From Podarcis bocagei (taxonomy: Eukaryota), in NCBI GenBank assembly GCA_964188305.1, contig OZ076893.1: a stretch of DNA of 64,000 nucleotides, one strand, 5' to 3'. Position 1 is the stretch's first letter; each line of letters begins with the position of its first letter. The position numbers and the translations under genes were made by a program. Below the pieces are notes generated by a model. The model had not been told where the DNA came from. It ran no database searches and saw only the letters and a list, made by a program, of their open reading frames with translations. This document shows positions 1 to 12,062 of this stretch, piece after piece.

Positions 1-1767
1 TGTTGTGAGCCACATTAGGAACATCTATGTAGAAAAGTGTCATAAAATAAAAACAGCACCACTACTACCAAAACATAATGGCAGGCCCAAAGGATTACCA
101 TATCTAGAAATGCCTGTTATAATTAAACCACATATTTATGCCCACTTGATAAGGCTCTTGAAATTACAATATAATGTTGTTTTTATTCATGATTTTGGCC
201 TGGTTGGGACATCCAGCAGCCCTCTACACTCACACACATGTGCATGCATGCACAATCAAACTGGCAATATTTAAGTTCCTGCTGACCGTGAAATAAAATA
301 AACAACCTGGCAAGCAAAGGCAACATTGATTTGGGACACAGCTAATTGCCCTTGTGGCATGTTTTAAAATGGCAGACTGTCATTTAAGTGGGATGCCTTT
401 ATCCCTTAGGACACCTGGAGTTTCCCATAGAGCCATTGGCATTGTCTGCATGGTTGTGTAGCTGAAGTGGCAAAGCAGCAAACATTGGTGCTGAATGCAC
501 TAGAAGAAAAGACATGAACCTGGACAGCTCTGTTGGACGTCACTTTAGAGGGCTTTGCGCCCTGATGGGTCTAAGGACATAATGCATCACTCGGCTCTCC
601 TTATTGCAGAGGGGAGGATGTTTTCCTTGGCTCTGCCCAGCGTGCTAGGCATAAGAAGCCTACTTTCCTTTGTCCCATGGTTTCTTCCACCCCCCCCCCC
701 CGTGATTTCCAGGCACAAGTCTGGGCGGTTTTTCTTTTATCCTGTTTTCATTGTTGCCTGGGAAAACCCACAGTTTACTGCTGAATTGGAACAAATGTCA
801 ATCCACAGAAAACCTGACTGACGTTTGTTCCGATTCAGCAGAAAACAGCAGGTTTTCCTGGGGGAAGTAGAAGGAAAAACCTAAAACCTCTCAGACCCAT
901 GCCTGGACATCACAGGGCAAATGTGATGAGCCCGCAGTATAAAGACCACCATTTGTGTTGGTGCGAACTGATATGGCTACATTAAACCAGTTGTGTCCAA
1001 TAACAACAGTCAATTGTTAAAATGTTACTTCAATGACGTTCTGATCAGAGGCTATATAACAAAGGGAACTGGAGACAAATGACATTTTATAATGTTTTAG
1101 CTACTTAGCAAGAACCACCAAAGGCCAATCTACATTACCCGTTAATTGTGCTGCAATTAGCGGAGCTGAAATAACAAAAAGGGTCAGGGAGTCTGTGTGA
1201 GTTTTGAAAGCGACTGCAAGGCTCTTGCATGACTCTTAATAGAGGCACTCAGAATTTGCAGACTCGATGTTAACAAGGGGGCAGGGGAAAATCCCATGGA
1301 TGGTGCAAAAGGGATTTATTACTTTTGGCAAATTTCATAAGGGTATCCTATTTGAATCGTGTTCCTTCAGCGTCATTAAACCATTTTCTCTCTTGCGTTG
1401 TTTATTTTGTCTGAAAATGTTCATAGGAAGCTTTGGCGTTTTTTGTAGGCAATCCCTCCAAATTGAAACCAGACACAGACAGTATAGCCTATGGGTTCAT
1501 CTCTTGTCAGATAGCGCACTGAAGGAAGCAGTTAATATGTCAGGTAAGCCCCCCTCCCCCCAATATCAGCAAGCATGCCTTTCCAGGGACTATAAAGAAT
1601 AATCAGGGAGATTCTCAAGCTTTACATGGGAATACGCAGCAGTCTTTGAACATTTCTGGCAATAATTTTATTACTGTGCACGATTTCTTTTTTTTGATGC
1701 ATACTCCACTTTTTAGATATTTCTCACAAGGCAGTAACAAAAAACCACACACACACCATAAACAATA

Positions 1768-2008
1768 CAGTGGTACCTCGGGTTAAGTAATTAATTCGTT
1801 CCGGAGGTCCATTCTTAACCTGAAACTGTTCTTAACCTGAAGCACCACTTAGCTAATGGGGCCTCCTGCTGCCGCCGTGCCACCGGAGCACGATTTCTGT
1901 TCTCGTTCTGAAGCAAAGATCTTACCCCCAAGGACTATTTCTGGGTTAGCGGAATCTGTAACCTGAAGCATCTGTAACCTGAAGTGTCTGTAACCCAAGG
2001 TACCACTG
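1768..2008. mobile_element. Tigger/mariner-type MITE
   Basis: TA-CAGTGGTACCTCGGGTTA ... TAACCCAAGGTACCACTG-TA; same family as 49365-49582. Confidence 0.9.
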
Positions 2009-3546
2009 TACCACTGTATGTATAACGTTTTGCGAGGGGGAATCAACAACAAAGTCAAAATTGTAAGAATAGCAATCAAAGCTAGCAACCATTGATAACC
2101 CCGTGAATTTGTCCAGTGCCCTTTTAAAGTCATTCAGGTTGTGGACATCTGTCATAATACCCCCATCCACACTTTGGTTAAACAGAGGACGGGAGATCAG
2201 GCCAACCAGAGTGTTCCTCTCTGTTTGCCGTCCCTTATGATTAATGTTTCGCTACCACAATGTCAAAGTCTTCGTTTCACCAGGCTGCCTGCACCAAAAA
2301 GCTACAAACTCCCCCAAGAACACCTCTACTGTGGGGTTTGGTTGTTAAGGGTGGGTGGTTAAAATAATAGAGACCAGAAGGTTTCATGAACCAAGTTTAA
2401 AAGCTAATGAAAAGGATAAATAGAAAGGTTGTTCTTAGGATAAAATGTTTTCACATATGAATAGTTACATGCACACAATCAGTGGTGGACCTATATTTTG
2501 GGGGTCTGAATCTTGAATGGTCATGGGGGCCCCTTTGTAACCAGCAAAGAGGTCTGTGTAACCACTGTTATCTTCTACAACGGGGTTGTTCCGTGACAGA
2601 TTACCAAACCTTTACAACACCTGTGCTACTGACTCTCAAACTTTGAGTAACACAAAATTGATCAATTTGAGTTGTGTGACTCATATCACGTCTACTAGAC
2701 CCATTATTATTTTTTAAAGCAATGTTGGCTAAGGTCACTTTTGGGCCCCCTCTGGGATCAGGGGCCCTGATGCTTAAGATTCATTAGTTTTATAATAGAC
2801 ACAATCAATCCCACAGAGGAGCAAAGTACAGAAAACAAAAGTAGGTTGAACTCATCCCAACAGCTGAGAGTTAAGGCCTTAAAGATAAAAGTCCTAGAAA
2901 CCTTATTGGCAGTTTGCAGCTCCCTCTGGCTTGTCATCTTCCAACACCTACATGATTTATTGTTCTAGAGATCCGTGCCAGTCTGACAATCATTGCAAGT
3001 AGCTGGCTAAATATACCTTTGCATATCCCAAACTACAAACAGACACAAACATCAAAGAAGTGCACTTTTGTCTGAATCCCGTTTGTAGACTGGCCCACCC
3101 AGAATCCACACCTTACCTCATTATTTCCTAAAACCTCCTGAGAGGCTTACCTGAGAGAGATAGCAAATTAACTCCTTGATTCCCCAACCAAACTATATAC
3201 AATATTTCTGTTTCTTTTTAAGCAGCCCATTTCCTTCACAGCCATCACTATATCTTCTAGTAATAAATTCCATACTTTGGCTATGAATGGTGTGCATCCT
3301 CATGCTTCCTCCATGTGCCTGCAGAAAAACCAATGGCTGTCTTCTAGTTCACCCACCTGAGCCAAATCTCAGACAACCACAAAGCAGCCATGGTTTTTCT
3401 CTACTCTCACCCAGGAAGATGAGGCATGAGGAGAGCAGAGACTTGTTTGAGAACCAGAGCAGGGGTTTCCTCTTGCCGCAATCCCATTTGAAGTAACCCA
3501 ATCACATTTTATCTTAGAAATGAAGTAGGGTTGAGCCTGGCTAGTA

Positions 3547-3639
3547 AAGGCATAGGTAAACTTGGCCCTCCAGATGTTTTTGGCCTACAACTCCCATGAT
3601 CCCTAGCTAAGAGGACCAGTGGTCAGGGATGATGGGAGA
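3547..3639. mobile_element. Partial palindromic hAT MITE interrupted by a SINE
   Basis: Contains ggcataggtaaacttggccctccagatg...ctacaactcccatgatccc like 37773-37915; remnant right end ctatgcctg follows the SINE tail. Confidence 0.7.
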
Positions 3640-3927
3640 GCCAGTGTGGTGTAGTGGTTAAGAGCAGTAGACATGTAATCTGGTAAACTGGTTTCGCATC
3701 TCCACTCCTCCACATGCAGCTGCTGGGTGACCTTGGGCCAGTCACACTTCTCTGAAGTCTCTCAGCCCCACTCACCTCACAGAGTGTTTGTTGTGGGAGA
3801 GGAAAGGAAAGGAGAATGTTAGCCACTTTGAGACTCCCTAGGGTAGTGATAAAGCGGGATATCAAATCTAAACTCTTCTTCTCCTTCTCCTCCTCCTCCT
3901 CCTCCTCCTCCTCCTCCTCCTTCTTCT
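3640..3927 (+). mobile_element. tRNA-derived SINE (Squam3-like) with (CTT/CCT)n tail
   Basis: Head GCCAGTGTGGTGTAGTGGTTAAGAGC (A box), B-box-like motif; five similar copies in the window. Confidence 0.85.
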
Positions 3928-6900
3928 ATGCCTGGGCTGATACTTCGGTAGGAGGCTGATTGGGAATCCTTCGTGCTTTGACCTCCTATTTTGTGTTTCA
4001 GTGAATGGTCATTAACTAGCTCCAGGTTCTCTGGAATGAAATAGGATTTTCCAGATCCATTTCAGTGGGGCTTTAGGCCTGATTTTGGAACTGAAACTGC
4101 CTTAGTCACCCTGTGAGATTACTTTTGCCGAGAGAGGGGTGAGAGAGTTCAACACTGCTGATTCTCTTGAAGGCTTTTGACGCCATCAGTCATAGTATCC
4201 TCCTGGATAGGCTGCCTGGAATAGGGGAGGAAGGCCTTCTTTTGCAGTTTTCCCTCTCCTGTTTGGATGGTGAGTGTTAGTAGATTTTTGCTTCACCCAA
4301 CTTCCATTTTTCCTTTGCATCCACACATCTGGGAACCTGATATTTCAGGGTTCTGCACTTTAGATGTTTGTGTGGTATGGCGAAGCAGGGATATGTGATG
4401 TCTGGGTCAAGGCTAAGTGGTACACCCTTCTGCATTGCATGAGCAAATCTTCTGAAGGCAGCTATAATTTCCCCAACAGAATTTATATACAATGCAGCCA
4501 AGCGCTATGTGTTATGAAACAACTCTTTTTGCTAGAGCTGAACTCTCCTTGTCCTTTCTGACTAGGGAAGGCTGCCATATGGGTATTATTTGAATAATAC
4601 ATGGGTAGCATTTATTACAGCATCCCTAGAAATGCTGTACTCAGCCGAACCAAGCAGATATATAGCCACACGTCAACACAATTCCTCAAACAGATGTTAT
4701 CCAGTAACATTCACAAAGGGAGGATAGCGGATTCTTTTTACCACAAGCTCAGGCAAAGAAAGTGTAATCAGCTTTTTGTTCAGTAGCTGAGAAATGACTA
4801 TAAATTAATTAAACAAGAATGTATGTGGTGGCTTGTGGTTTTATCTAATAGGTTTGCTGAACTGCATGGGGCGGAAGTGTCTCAGCTTCTGGTTACATGA
4901 TTTTTGGCACAGCAAGTTTCTTCTGATCTTGTCCATCCATACCACTCAACCTTCTCCTTTCACCCAGCTGCAGACAGTTTGGTCAAGCAGTGGTACATAC
5001 CTGGCCTCTACTCTCCAATTTCTCATATTCCACCCTGGCCTTTCTTGTATATTGTAGGCTTATAGGCATTTAATTTTGCTTTCAGAAGATGCCTGTTTGC
5101 AGCATTTCCCCCCTTTAAAGTCTAGATTGCTGAGGCACCACAAGGGGTTTCAGGGATCCCTGATCAACTCATACCACCTCACAGAGATCTGCCTTCACCT
5201 CTAGAAATCCTCAATCCCACCAAAGTAACCCTGCTATGATTCGGAACTCATCTGAATATAATGCACATCCTTATCCTGGTTAAGTATGCCACATACCAGA
5301 AACAAGGAACTGAAATAATCTAAAGTAGCTGTATTTAAATTAACAAAGAACCGTAAAATCAATAGCATGAGTAGTTTAAAAATGCAGAATATTTATTTTG
5401 ATCAAAAACATACCCTTCAAACTAAGCCAAATGTTTTTTGTTTGACAAATGCATGTAAAAGTGTTTTTCCCATTAAAAAAAAAAATCATTAGTAGTGAGA
5501 GCAGAATGGAAACAGTGAAGCAGGCATGACTAACTCTGAAAACACAAAGCTTTTAAAAATGTAGTCAACACCTCATTTGAAAAAAAGAGGAAAATATTTA
5601 ATCAGGAACAATTTCTTCCTAATTTAATAAGTTGCTTGACATGATGTTTTCTAGTTTTAGCCTTGTGGTGTACCCTGGCATCCTTCAGAAAGTCTTGAAA
5701 CTTCTCTATACCCTACCCTCTGGAGGACACAAGGACAGCTAATTTCATTTGTCACAAGATCATGTGGAGAAGTGCTGTCAAGTTGTTCCTTGTGTTCCAG
5801 AAACCCAACAGGCTTCAATTACATTTGGGCATTTAGTGACAGTAGCCCCATGCTGTGGAACAATCTTCCAGCAGAGGTTTAGCAAGCATCATCAGTTTTG
5901 ACTTTCAGGCATCTCTCTCTCTCTTTTTAAAATAATGCTGACAGCCTATGCAGTTGTTTAATCCACCCCCCAGGTCAGTCATTTTAATGATTGTTTTGTA
6001 CTGATATATTGTGAATTATTTTTGTACACCACCCTGATGTTATAGTATACAAATGGCAATATACAAATACTTTCGTAATGGAACAAAAAACCCAACTATT
6101 TAAATAGTTGTCCCTTTATCTCTGGGATTACGGTAAATGCAGAACAGAAAAGCCCAAGTCAGTGTTAGCTGCCACCATCTACTGACTTCAGAACAGGAGT
6201 TCAGAGGAGGTGACTGAATATAAATAACGGTGGTGTAGAAATTCATTGTGTCCTTAAAAAAGAAGAAGAAGACCAACTCAATTCAGCATTTCTGAGTTTT
6301 CTTGCCCAGTAGAACACAACTATTAGTTGGATTATCCACTTCTTTGGATTTTGCTCTGCAATAGTGGTCTCAAAAGGTGCACATTTTAAAAACATTAGTA
6401 AGCACACAAAATGTGTATGTTAGGATGAAAAGGAATGTATTGAAAATGCATATTGTATGGGTAAATGAATTCAAAGTTCATACAATTTACATGTGAACTT
6501 TGTTTCTGTTAATTTTGGAAAGCCTGAAAAAAATAGGACGTATCAGATCTATAACTGAGAACACCAGTGAAACTGACATAGAACGGACTTAGGCGGGTCT
6601 GCCCGTCCTTAAATGGAAGGGGAAAACACTTTCAGCACTGAATCCAGACAAACCTACTTCCCTTCATGCCACTATTGCACAGCTAGCAGAAGGAATGCAG
6701 ATGTCCTCAGAGTCTGATGATTCATTCTGAGAAACCACACCATAGCCTCAGTCTCATCAGTGATAGTGGAGCCAATGGCTGCTAAAGCAGACCAAGTGCA
6801 TTTACCTACCAGAGGCAGAGGAAGCCAGCTGGACTGAGCAACAGCCCCATTTTAGTCTCAGTCTAGGAGTGCCTGGTGCTGAAGCAACATTTGAGCCTGC

Positions 6901-7226
6901 TCCTGTCAGTCTGTCTACAGCCTGAGCTGCTCTTGGAGCTGTCCATGGTTCTACCTTGACCCTGAACTCTTGCCTTCAACATATACTCTTCCCATGAATG
7001 TGAACTGCTTATGGGTCTTCTCCCTTCAGGTTGGACTGGAACATTCAATGGGCTGCAGTTACTACCCACTTGGACAAGAACACTTATGTGGTGACACAAG
7101 TTCAAACAGCACCTCCATCTGAGGGCATCCCAGCAATGAGTCTCTCCACAGCCCTAACATCTGTTGTTCCCCCACCTCAAATTTAATACAAATTTAATAC
7201 ATAATTTGTAAATGAATAATCTAGGG

Positions 7227-7362
7227 CAGGTTTTCCCAAACTTGGGTCTCCAGCTGTTTTTGGACTACAATTCCCACCATCCCTGACCACTGGTTCTGCT
7301 AGCTAGGGATGATGGGAGTTGTAGTCCAGAAACAGCTGGAGACCCAAGTTTGGGAAAGCCTG
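7227..7362. mobile_element. Short palindromic hAT MITE (136 bp)
   Basis: Near-perfect fold-back; 8-bp TSD ATCTAGGG at 7219-7226 and 7363-7370. Confidence 0.92.
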
Positions 7363-7903
7363 ATCTAGGGCAAAATATCTAGTATAGTAGTTTTCCTCAG
7401 AACAGTGACTGTGATCCAAACCAGCTTTCTCCTTTAAAATACTAGTCATTTCCCCGTGTTTCCTTTCAGAGACAAATCTCCCTCAGTACATGAGAAGCTC
7501 CCATTCTTGAGCAGAAGTCCTTTCCCCTTGTTCACAAGGGAGTTTGGAGCTCACCCAAGGTTACTTTTATTATTCATGCTGAATGTGACACATCCTCTTG
7601 GGGTGAGGAATGGAAAGCATAGACAAAGGCAACAGATACATCCCAAAATCTGCGAGGCATGGGGAGTTTCTGAGCAGAGAAGCTCTAAGAAGTATGATTC
7701 ATGTTAAATCAAATCAAGAAAGGGGTCTTTAGATGGCTATATGAGACTTGAGTCACATGGTTCTTCTGGCTTTCCTGTTTAAAGGCCACATTCCCAGCAC
7801 AAGTTCTTAACACAGTGTCCGCTTCAAAATAATAATGATTTTATAGCAATATCCCCATGGATTCTAGGGATAGAATTCCTGTAAGTAACTCCCCCCAGCT
7901 TAC

Positions 7904-8005
7904 CATCTTGTATTCTTTCCAGCTTTTTTGGAAATCTAGGCTTCCATCTTCTCGGTGTTGTATGACTGTCCAGCCTCCTCCTGCAGTCTCCATGTTACAA
8001 AAAAC
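7904..8005 (-). CDS. ANGPT1: Angiopoietin-1 coding exon 6 (102 bp; [34 protein letters not shown])
   Basis: Translated by hand. Acceptor gcctag|GTT, donor ATG|gtaagc; [12 protein letters not shown] fibrinogen-domain motif. Confidence 0.97.
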
Positions 8006-8807
8006 CTAGGCATAAGAAGATACACTCGTGAGGTTCACTGTGCGGATCTGGGCCCTTGATAGATCCAGTTCAGCTTCCTGCCTCCTGCAGTGGCCAATCT
8101 GAATTTTTAGAAAGCTTTGCAAAAAAGCAAATTAGCTAGTAACCCATGTTTTTTAATGCCTAGATTCTAAACCAAAAAAAAAAAGGGGGGGGAATAGAGA
8201 GTTACTGAACATGGAGGGTGGATTTCTCAATCTCAGTGACCCAGGGAGCAATCGTATACACAAGAAGCTGCCACAAAGCAAGCTGGCATAAATTACACCA
8301 GATCCAAACTCCACTAGCAGTGGAGCAACAAGCTAAGCCTGGGAGAGGGAAAACAAACCTTCAAAATAGTTTGAGTTACACTATCATCTGACCCTGTCAG
8401 AGCCCTCAGAAGACAGGCAAGCACTTACCACACTCTGAGAAGGCGCTGCACCACTCGCACTGTGCCCACACGCTGCCCACACGCATTGGTATGTAAGTAA
8501 GCCCCCCTTTCCACACACCAGCAGCTCTCTCAGAGCTGTTTCCCTCAGGTGATATCTAACACAGCTTTGATATCTGTCCGGTTGATACATCCGCATGGAT
8601 GGGATCTATAGCACAATTATTTCTAGCCTCAGCTGAGAGAGTGTAAGAGTTAGGTGGAAGAGACCCACACAACCACCGTTGGCCACGTGTGGGAAGGGTT
8701 GGGCAGTGGCTTCCATGTTCCTGCAGGTGCATGCAAATGGCACGAAGGATCCACACCACTGTGCGCTTTACACTGCACATCTTTTATGTGAGATGCTGGG
8801 CCATATA

Positions 8808-9288
8808 CCGTATTTTTCGCCCTATAGGACGCACTTTTCCCCCTCCAAAAATGAAGGGGAAATGTGGGTGCGTCCTATGGGGCGAATACAGGCTTTCGCT
8901 GAAGCCTGGAGAGTGAGAGGCTGTCACTCTCCAGGCTTCAGGAAGCTCTGCGCAACCCTCCGGAGCCCGGCTCGAAGCCGCGCCGGCCTCCGGAAGGTCG
9001 CGCAGAGCTACCTGCCCTCCCGGGGTCCGCGCAGCTCTGCATTCCGAAGCCTCGGGCGCACTCTTTAGCGTGCCCAGGCTTCGCACAGCTGTCCGCAATC
9101 CTGGGGAGACCGGCGAGGCTCCCTAGGCTTGCGGATAGCAGGCTGTTCTGGGGGCTGGGGAAGCTCGGGCTTCTCCTGCACCAGCCTCATGGGGGCGGGG
9201 GGGAAAATAATTTTTTTTTCTTTATTTCCCCCCCAAAAACCTAGGTGCGTCCTATAGGGCGGTGCGTCCTATGGGGCGAAAAATACGG
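8808..9288. mobile_element. Tc1/mariner-pogo-type MITE with GC/CpG-rich core
   Basis: TIRs CCGTATTTTTCGCCC(T/C)ATAGGACGCAC at both ends, with internal repeats of GGTGCGTCCTAT. TA on the left; the right side runs into GT/(TA)n. Confidence 0.85.
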
Positions 9289-9395
9289 GGTGTGTATATA
9301 TATATATATATGCTTTCGTAGATTTTCACGGGTACAGGAATGCAGGTTTTGGTGTCTTCGGGTGTCTTCCCGTGTAAGAGTTGGGGTGTCTAGGC

Positions 9396-9429
9396 GACGT
9401 TTCGACGAGGTCTCACTCGTCATCTTCAG
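9396..9429 (-). ncRNA. Minimal hammerhead ribozyme core in the PLE 3' pseudo-LTR
   Basis: CUGAAGA-U-GACGAG(ugagac)CUCGUC-GAAA-CGUC: conserved core boxes, 6-bp stem II and palindromic ACGU mini-stem III typical of PLE hammerheads. Stem I pairing looks weak. Confidence 0.7.
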
Positions 9430-9666
9430 GCTGGTGCTTTCGGCTTCTTGTTACTAGAACAGAGCAGGATCTCAGTGTTTGAGTTCCTATAAATACTGTT
9501 GAGGGGGTGTGGTGTATAGCCTCCAACGTTCTGGGCAGAGAGGAAGTTCCCAGGTTAGTGTGCCTTTTCTTCTTTTGTTCATTAATTACTTGAGGGATAT
9601 CTTGAGAGATTTCTTGAGTGATATTCTGAGTACCATTTAGGAGGGTCATTAGGTGTGAATTAGTTG

Positions 9667-11692
9667 CTAAAGCTTTCGTGTCTTGACCTCTTGAGCTTGT
9701 GAAGAGTTTTTCTGAGAAGATGGCTGTACTGCACTTAGTTGTGCTCTGGCTTGGCTTCGTGTATAGGGGCGAGCTGTGGTTTTGTGCCCTGTGCCAGCCA
9801 GATCTGTGTAGGGATTGCAGGGGGGTGCAGCATCCGGAGGTGCCACTATGGTTTGGCTACTGGATGGTGTCTGTAATTTATCTGTGGAGAGGGTCTGGGT
9901 TTGGGTCTGGTGTGGTTGATTGGAGATGGCCTTCTGTGTGCCTCTGGTTCTGGTGTCGGTTTTTGTGGGGAGGGCTAATTTCCAGATGTCTGGCAGGCGG
10001 GACGTGTCGTCACGCTTGTTCATGTTGTGAGGGTGTTTCTCTATCTCGATGGCTTCCATGATTATTCTCTTGTGGTGATGTTCCATGTTAAAGAGCAATT
10101 TGGAATCTGCAAAATTAATTTCGTGTCCTGTTTCTTTCATGTGTTGGTAAAGAGAGGAAGTTTTTTCTTCTTTTTTGACGGCATTCTTGTGTTCTGCGAT
10201 ACGTGCATTTATTCGTCTGTTTGTTTGTCCAATGTACGTGGCTGGGCAGACTTTGCAGGGTATTTCATAGACCCCTTGGTTTTCTAACTGGATTTTATCT
10301 TTGGGGTTTCTGAGGATATTGGCTATTTTTTGGTTGGTGCAAAAGGCTGTTTTGATATTGTGTTTATGGAGGATTTTGCTAATTTTATCTGTAGTGCCCT
10401 TGATATAAGGAAGGAGGGCCATGCCATTGTTTTCTTCTGTGTCTTGGTTTTTGGGGGGTGTTTCTTTTTGGATTAGTTTCGTAACCCTGTTTTGCTGGTA
10501 TCCGTTGGCGATTAACACATTTGAGAGATTCTGTAACTCAGTTGTCAAGTGGTCTTTGTCAGCCAGGCGTTTGGTTCTGGAGATGAGAGTCTTGGCTACG
10601 GAGTTTATTTGTGCAGGGTGGTGGTGTGATTGTGCATGTAAGTAGCGGTTGGTGTGTGTTTTTTTCCGGTAGATAGTGTGTCCTAGGGAGCCATCAGGTT
10701 TTTTGTAGATTAGGACGTCAAGGAAGGGAAGTTGGTTGTTGGCTTCTATTTCCATAGTGAATTGTATTTTGGGGTGTAGGCTGTTGAGATGTGTGAGGAA
10801 GCTATCTAGTTTTTCTTTCCCGTGTGGCCAAATTACAAAGGTGTCGTCAACATATCTGAGCCAAAGTTTGGGTTTGTGTTCTGACTTGTCTAAAGCATTG
10901 GTTTCAAAGTGTTCCATGTACAGATTTGCGATGACCGGTGAGAGGGGTGATCCCATAGGTGCTCCTTCTATCTGTTTGTATCTTTGTCCATTGTGGATGA
11001 AGTACGTGTTGGTTAGGCAGTGGTTGGTCAGGTCCAGGATGTATTCGGGGGGATTGTATTTGTTTTGAATGGCTGTCAAGGCTTCATTAATGGGCACTTG
11101 TGTGAAGAGAGATACAACATCGAAGCTCACAAGTAGGTCATCGGGATGTAGGTTTTGCTTCTTTATTGTTTCTATGAACTGGAAGGAGTTTGTAACGTGT
11201 GAAGCGATAGATTCTGCATAGGGCTGAAGTTGCTTAGCGAGAAATTTAGCGAGATTTTGTAGAGGTGAGCCTATGGAGCTGACTATTGGTCTGAGTGGTG
11301 TTCCTTCTTTGTGTATCTTGGGGAGACCGTAGAGTTTGGGGCATCTGGATGATTTTTCTCTGGGGATGATTCTTAGCTGGATTTCTTCACTGATAGGAGA
11401 GGCTTTTATTTTGGATTTGGTGGTTTTTTCCAGATAGGTGGTGGGATCTGTTTTTATAGGTTGGTAGGTAGGGTCTTGGAGTAGATTTGATAGTTTTGCT
11501 TGGTAGTCCAATGTGTTCATCACAACAGTGGCATTACCTTTGTCTGCTGGGAGAATGATTATGTTGTTGTCTTTCCTCAGGTTGGTGAGTGCTTTCTGTT
11601 CTTCTTTGTGTAAATTGCTTCTGGGTGGTTTGCTGGAGCAGAGGATGTTGGTGACTTCAAGTCTGATTTTATTGGCTTCATCTGGGTTGATT
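9667..11692 (-). CDS. Penelope reverse transcriptase + GIY-YIG endonuclease (N-terminally truncated, no internal stops)
   Basis: ORF track 9667..11523 (618 aa) contains LYGLPKIHK, SFDVVSLFT, GAPMGSPLS, RYVDD and GVYEIPCKVCPATYIGQT. The frame stays open upstream to the junction at ~11692 and includes the PLE motif ILPADKGNATVV. Confidence 0.95.
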
Positions 11693-11974
11693 AAAAACTC
11701 TTCACAAGCTCAAGAGGTCAAGACACGAAAGCTTTAGCAACTAATTCACACCTAATGACCCTCCTAAATGGTACTCAGAATATCACTCAAGAAATCTCTC
11801 AAGATATCCCTCAAGTAATTAATGAACAAAAGAAGAAAAGGCACACTAACCTGGGAACTTCCTCTCTGCCCAGAACGTTGGAGGCTATACACCACACCCC
11901 CTCAACAGTATTTATAGGAACTCAAACACTGAGATCCTGCTCTGTTCCAGTAACAAGAAGCCGAAAGCACCAGC

Positions 11975-12008
11975 CTGAAGATGACGAGTGAGACCTCGTC
12001 GAAACGTC
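11975..12008 (+). ncRNA. Minimal hammerhead ribozyme core in the inverted pseudo-LTR copy
   Basis: Sequence ctgaagatgacgagtgagacctcgtcgaaacgtc, the reverse complement of 9396-9429. Confidence 0.7.
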
Positions 12009-12059
12009 GCCTAGACACCCCAACTCTTACACGGGAAGACACCCGAAGACACCAAAACC

Positions 12060-12062
<3 letters not shown>

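Noticed and set aside
3640-3715. tRNA gene-like sequence (also at the other SINE heads)
   Set aside because: Continues into a SINE body and tail in several copies; these are SINE heads, not tRNA genes.
1-7900. Search for ANGPT1 exon 7 (GFGxPSGEYWLGNE...)
   Set aside because: No matching sequence found by eye; it probably lies beyond the left edge of the window.
11755-11991. Duplicated 78-aa ORF (also 9413..9649 on the minus strand)
   Set aside because: A by-product of the inverted pseudo-LTR, with no independent evidence of coding function.
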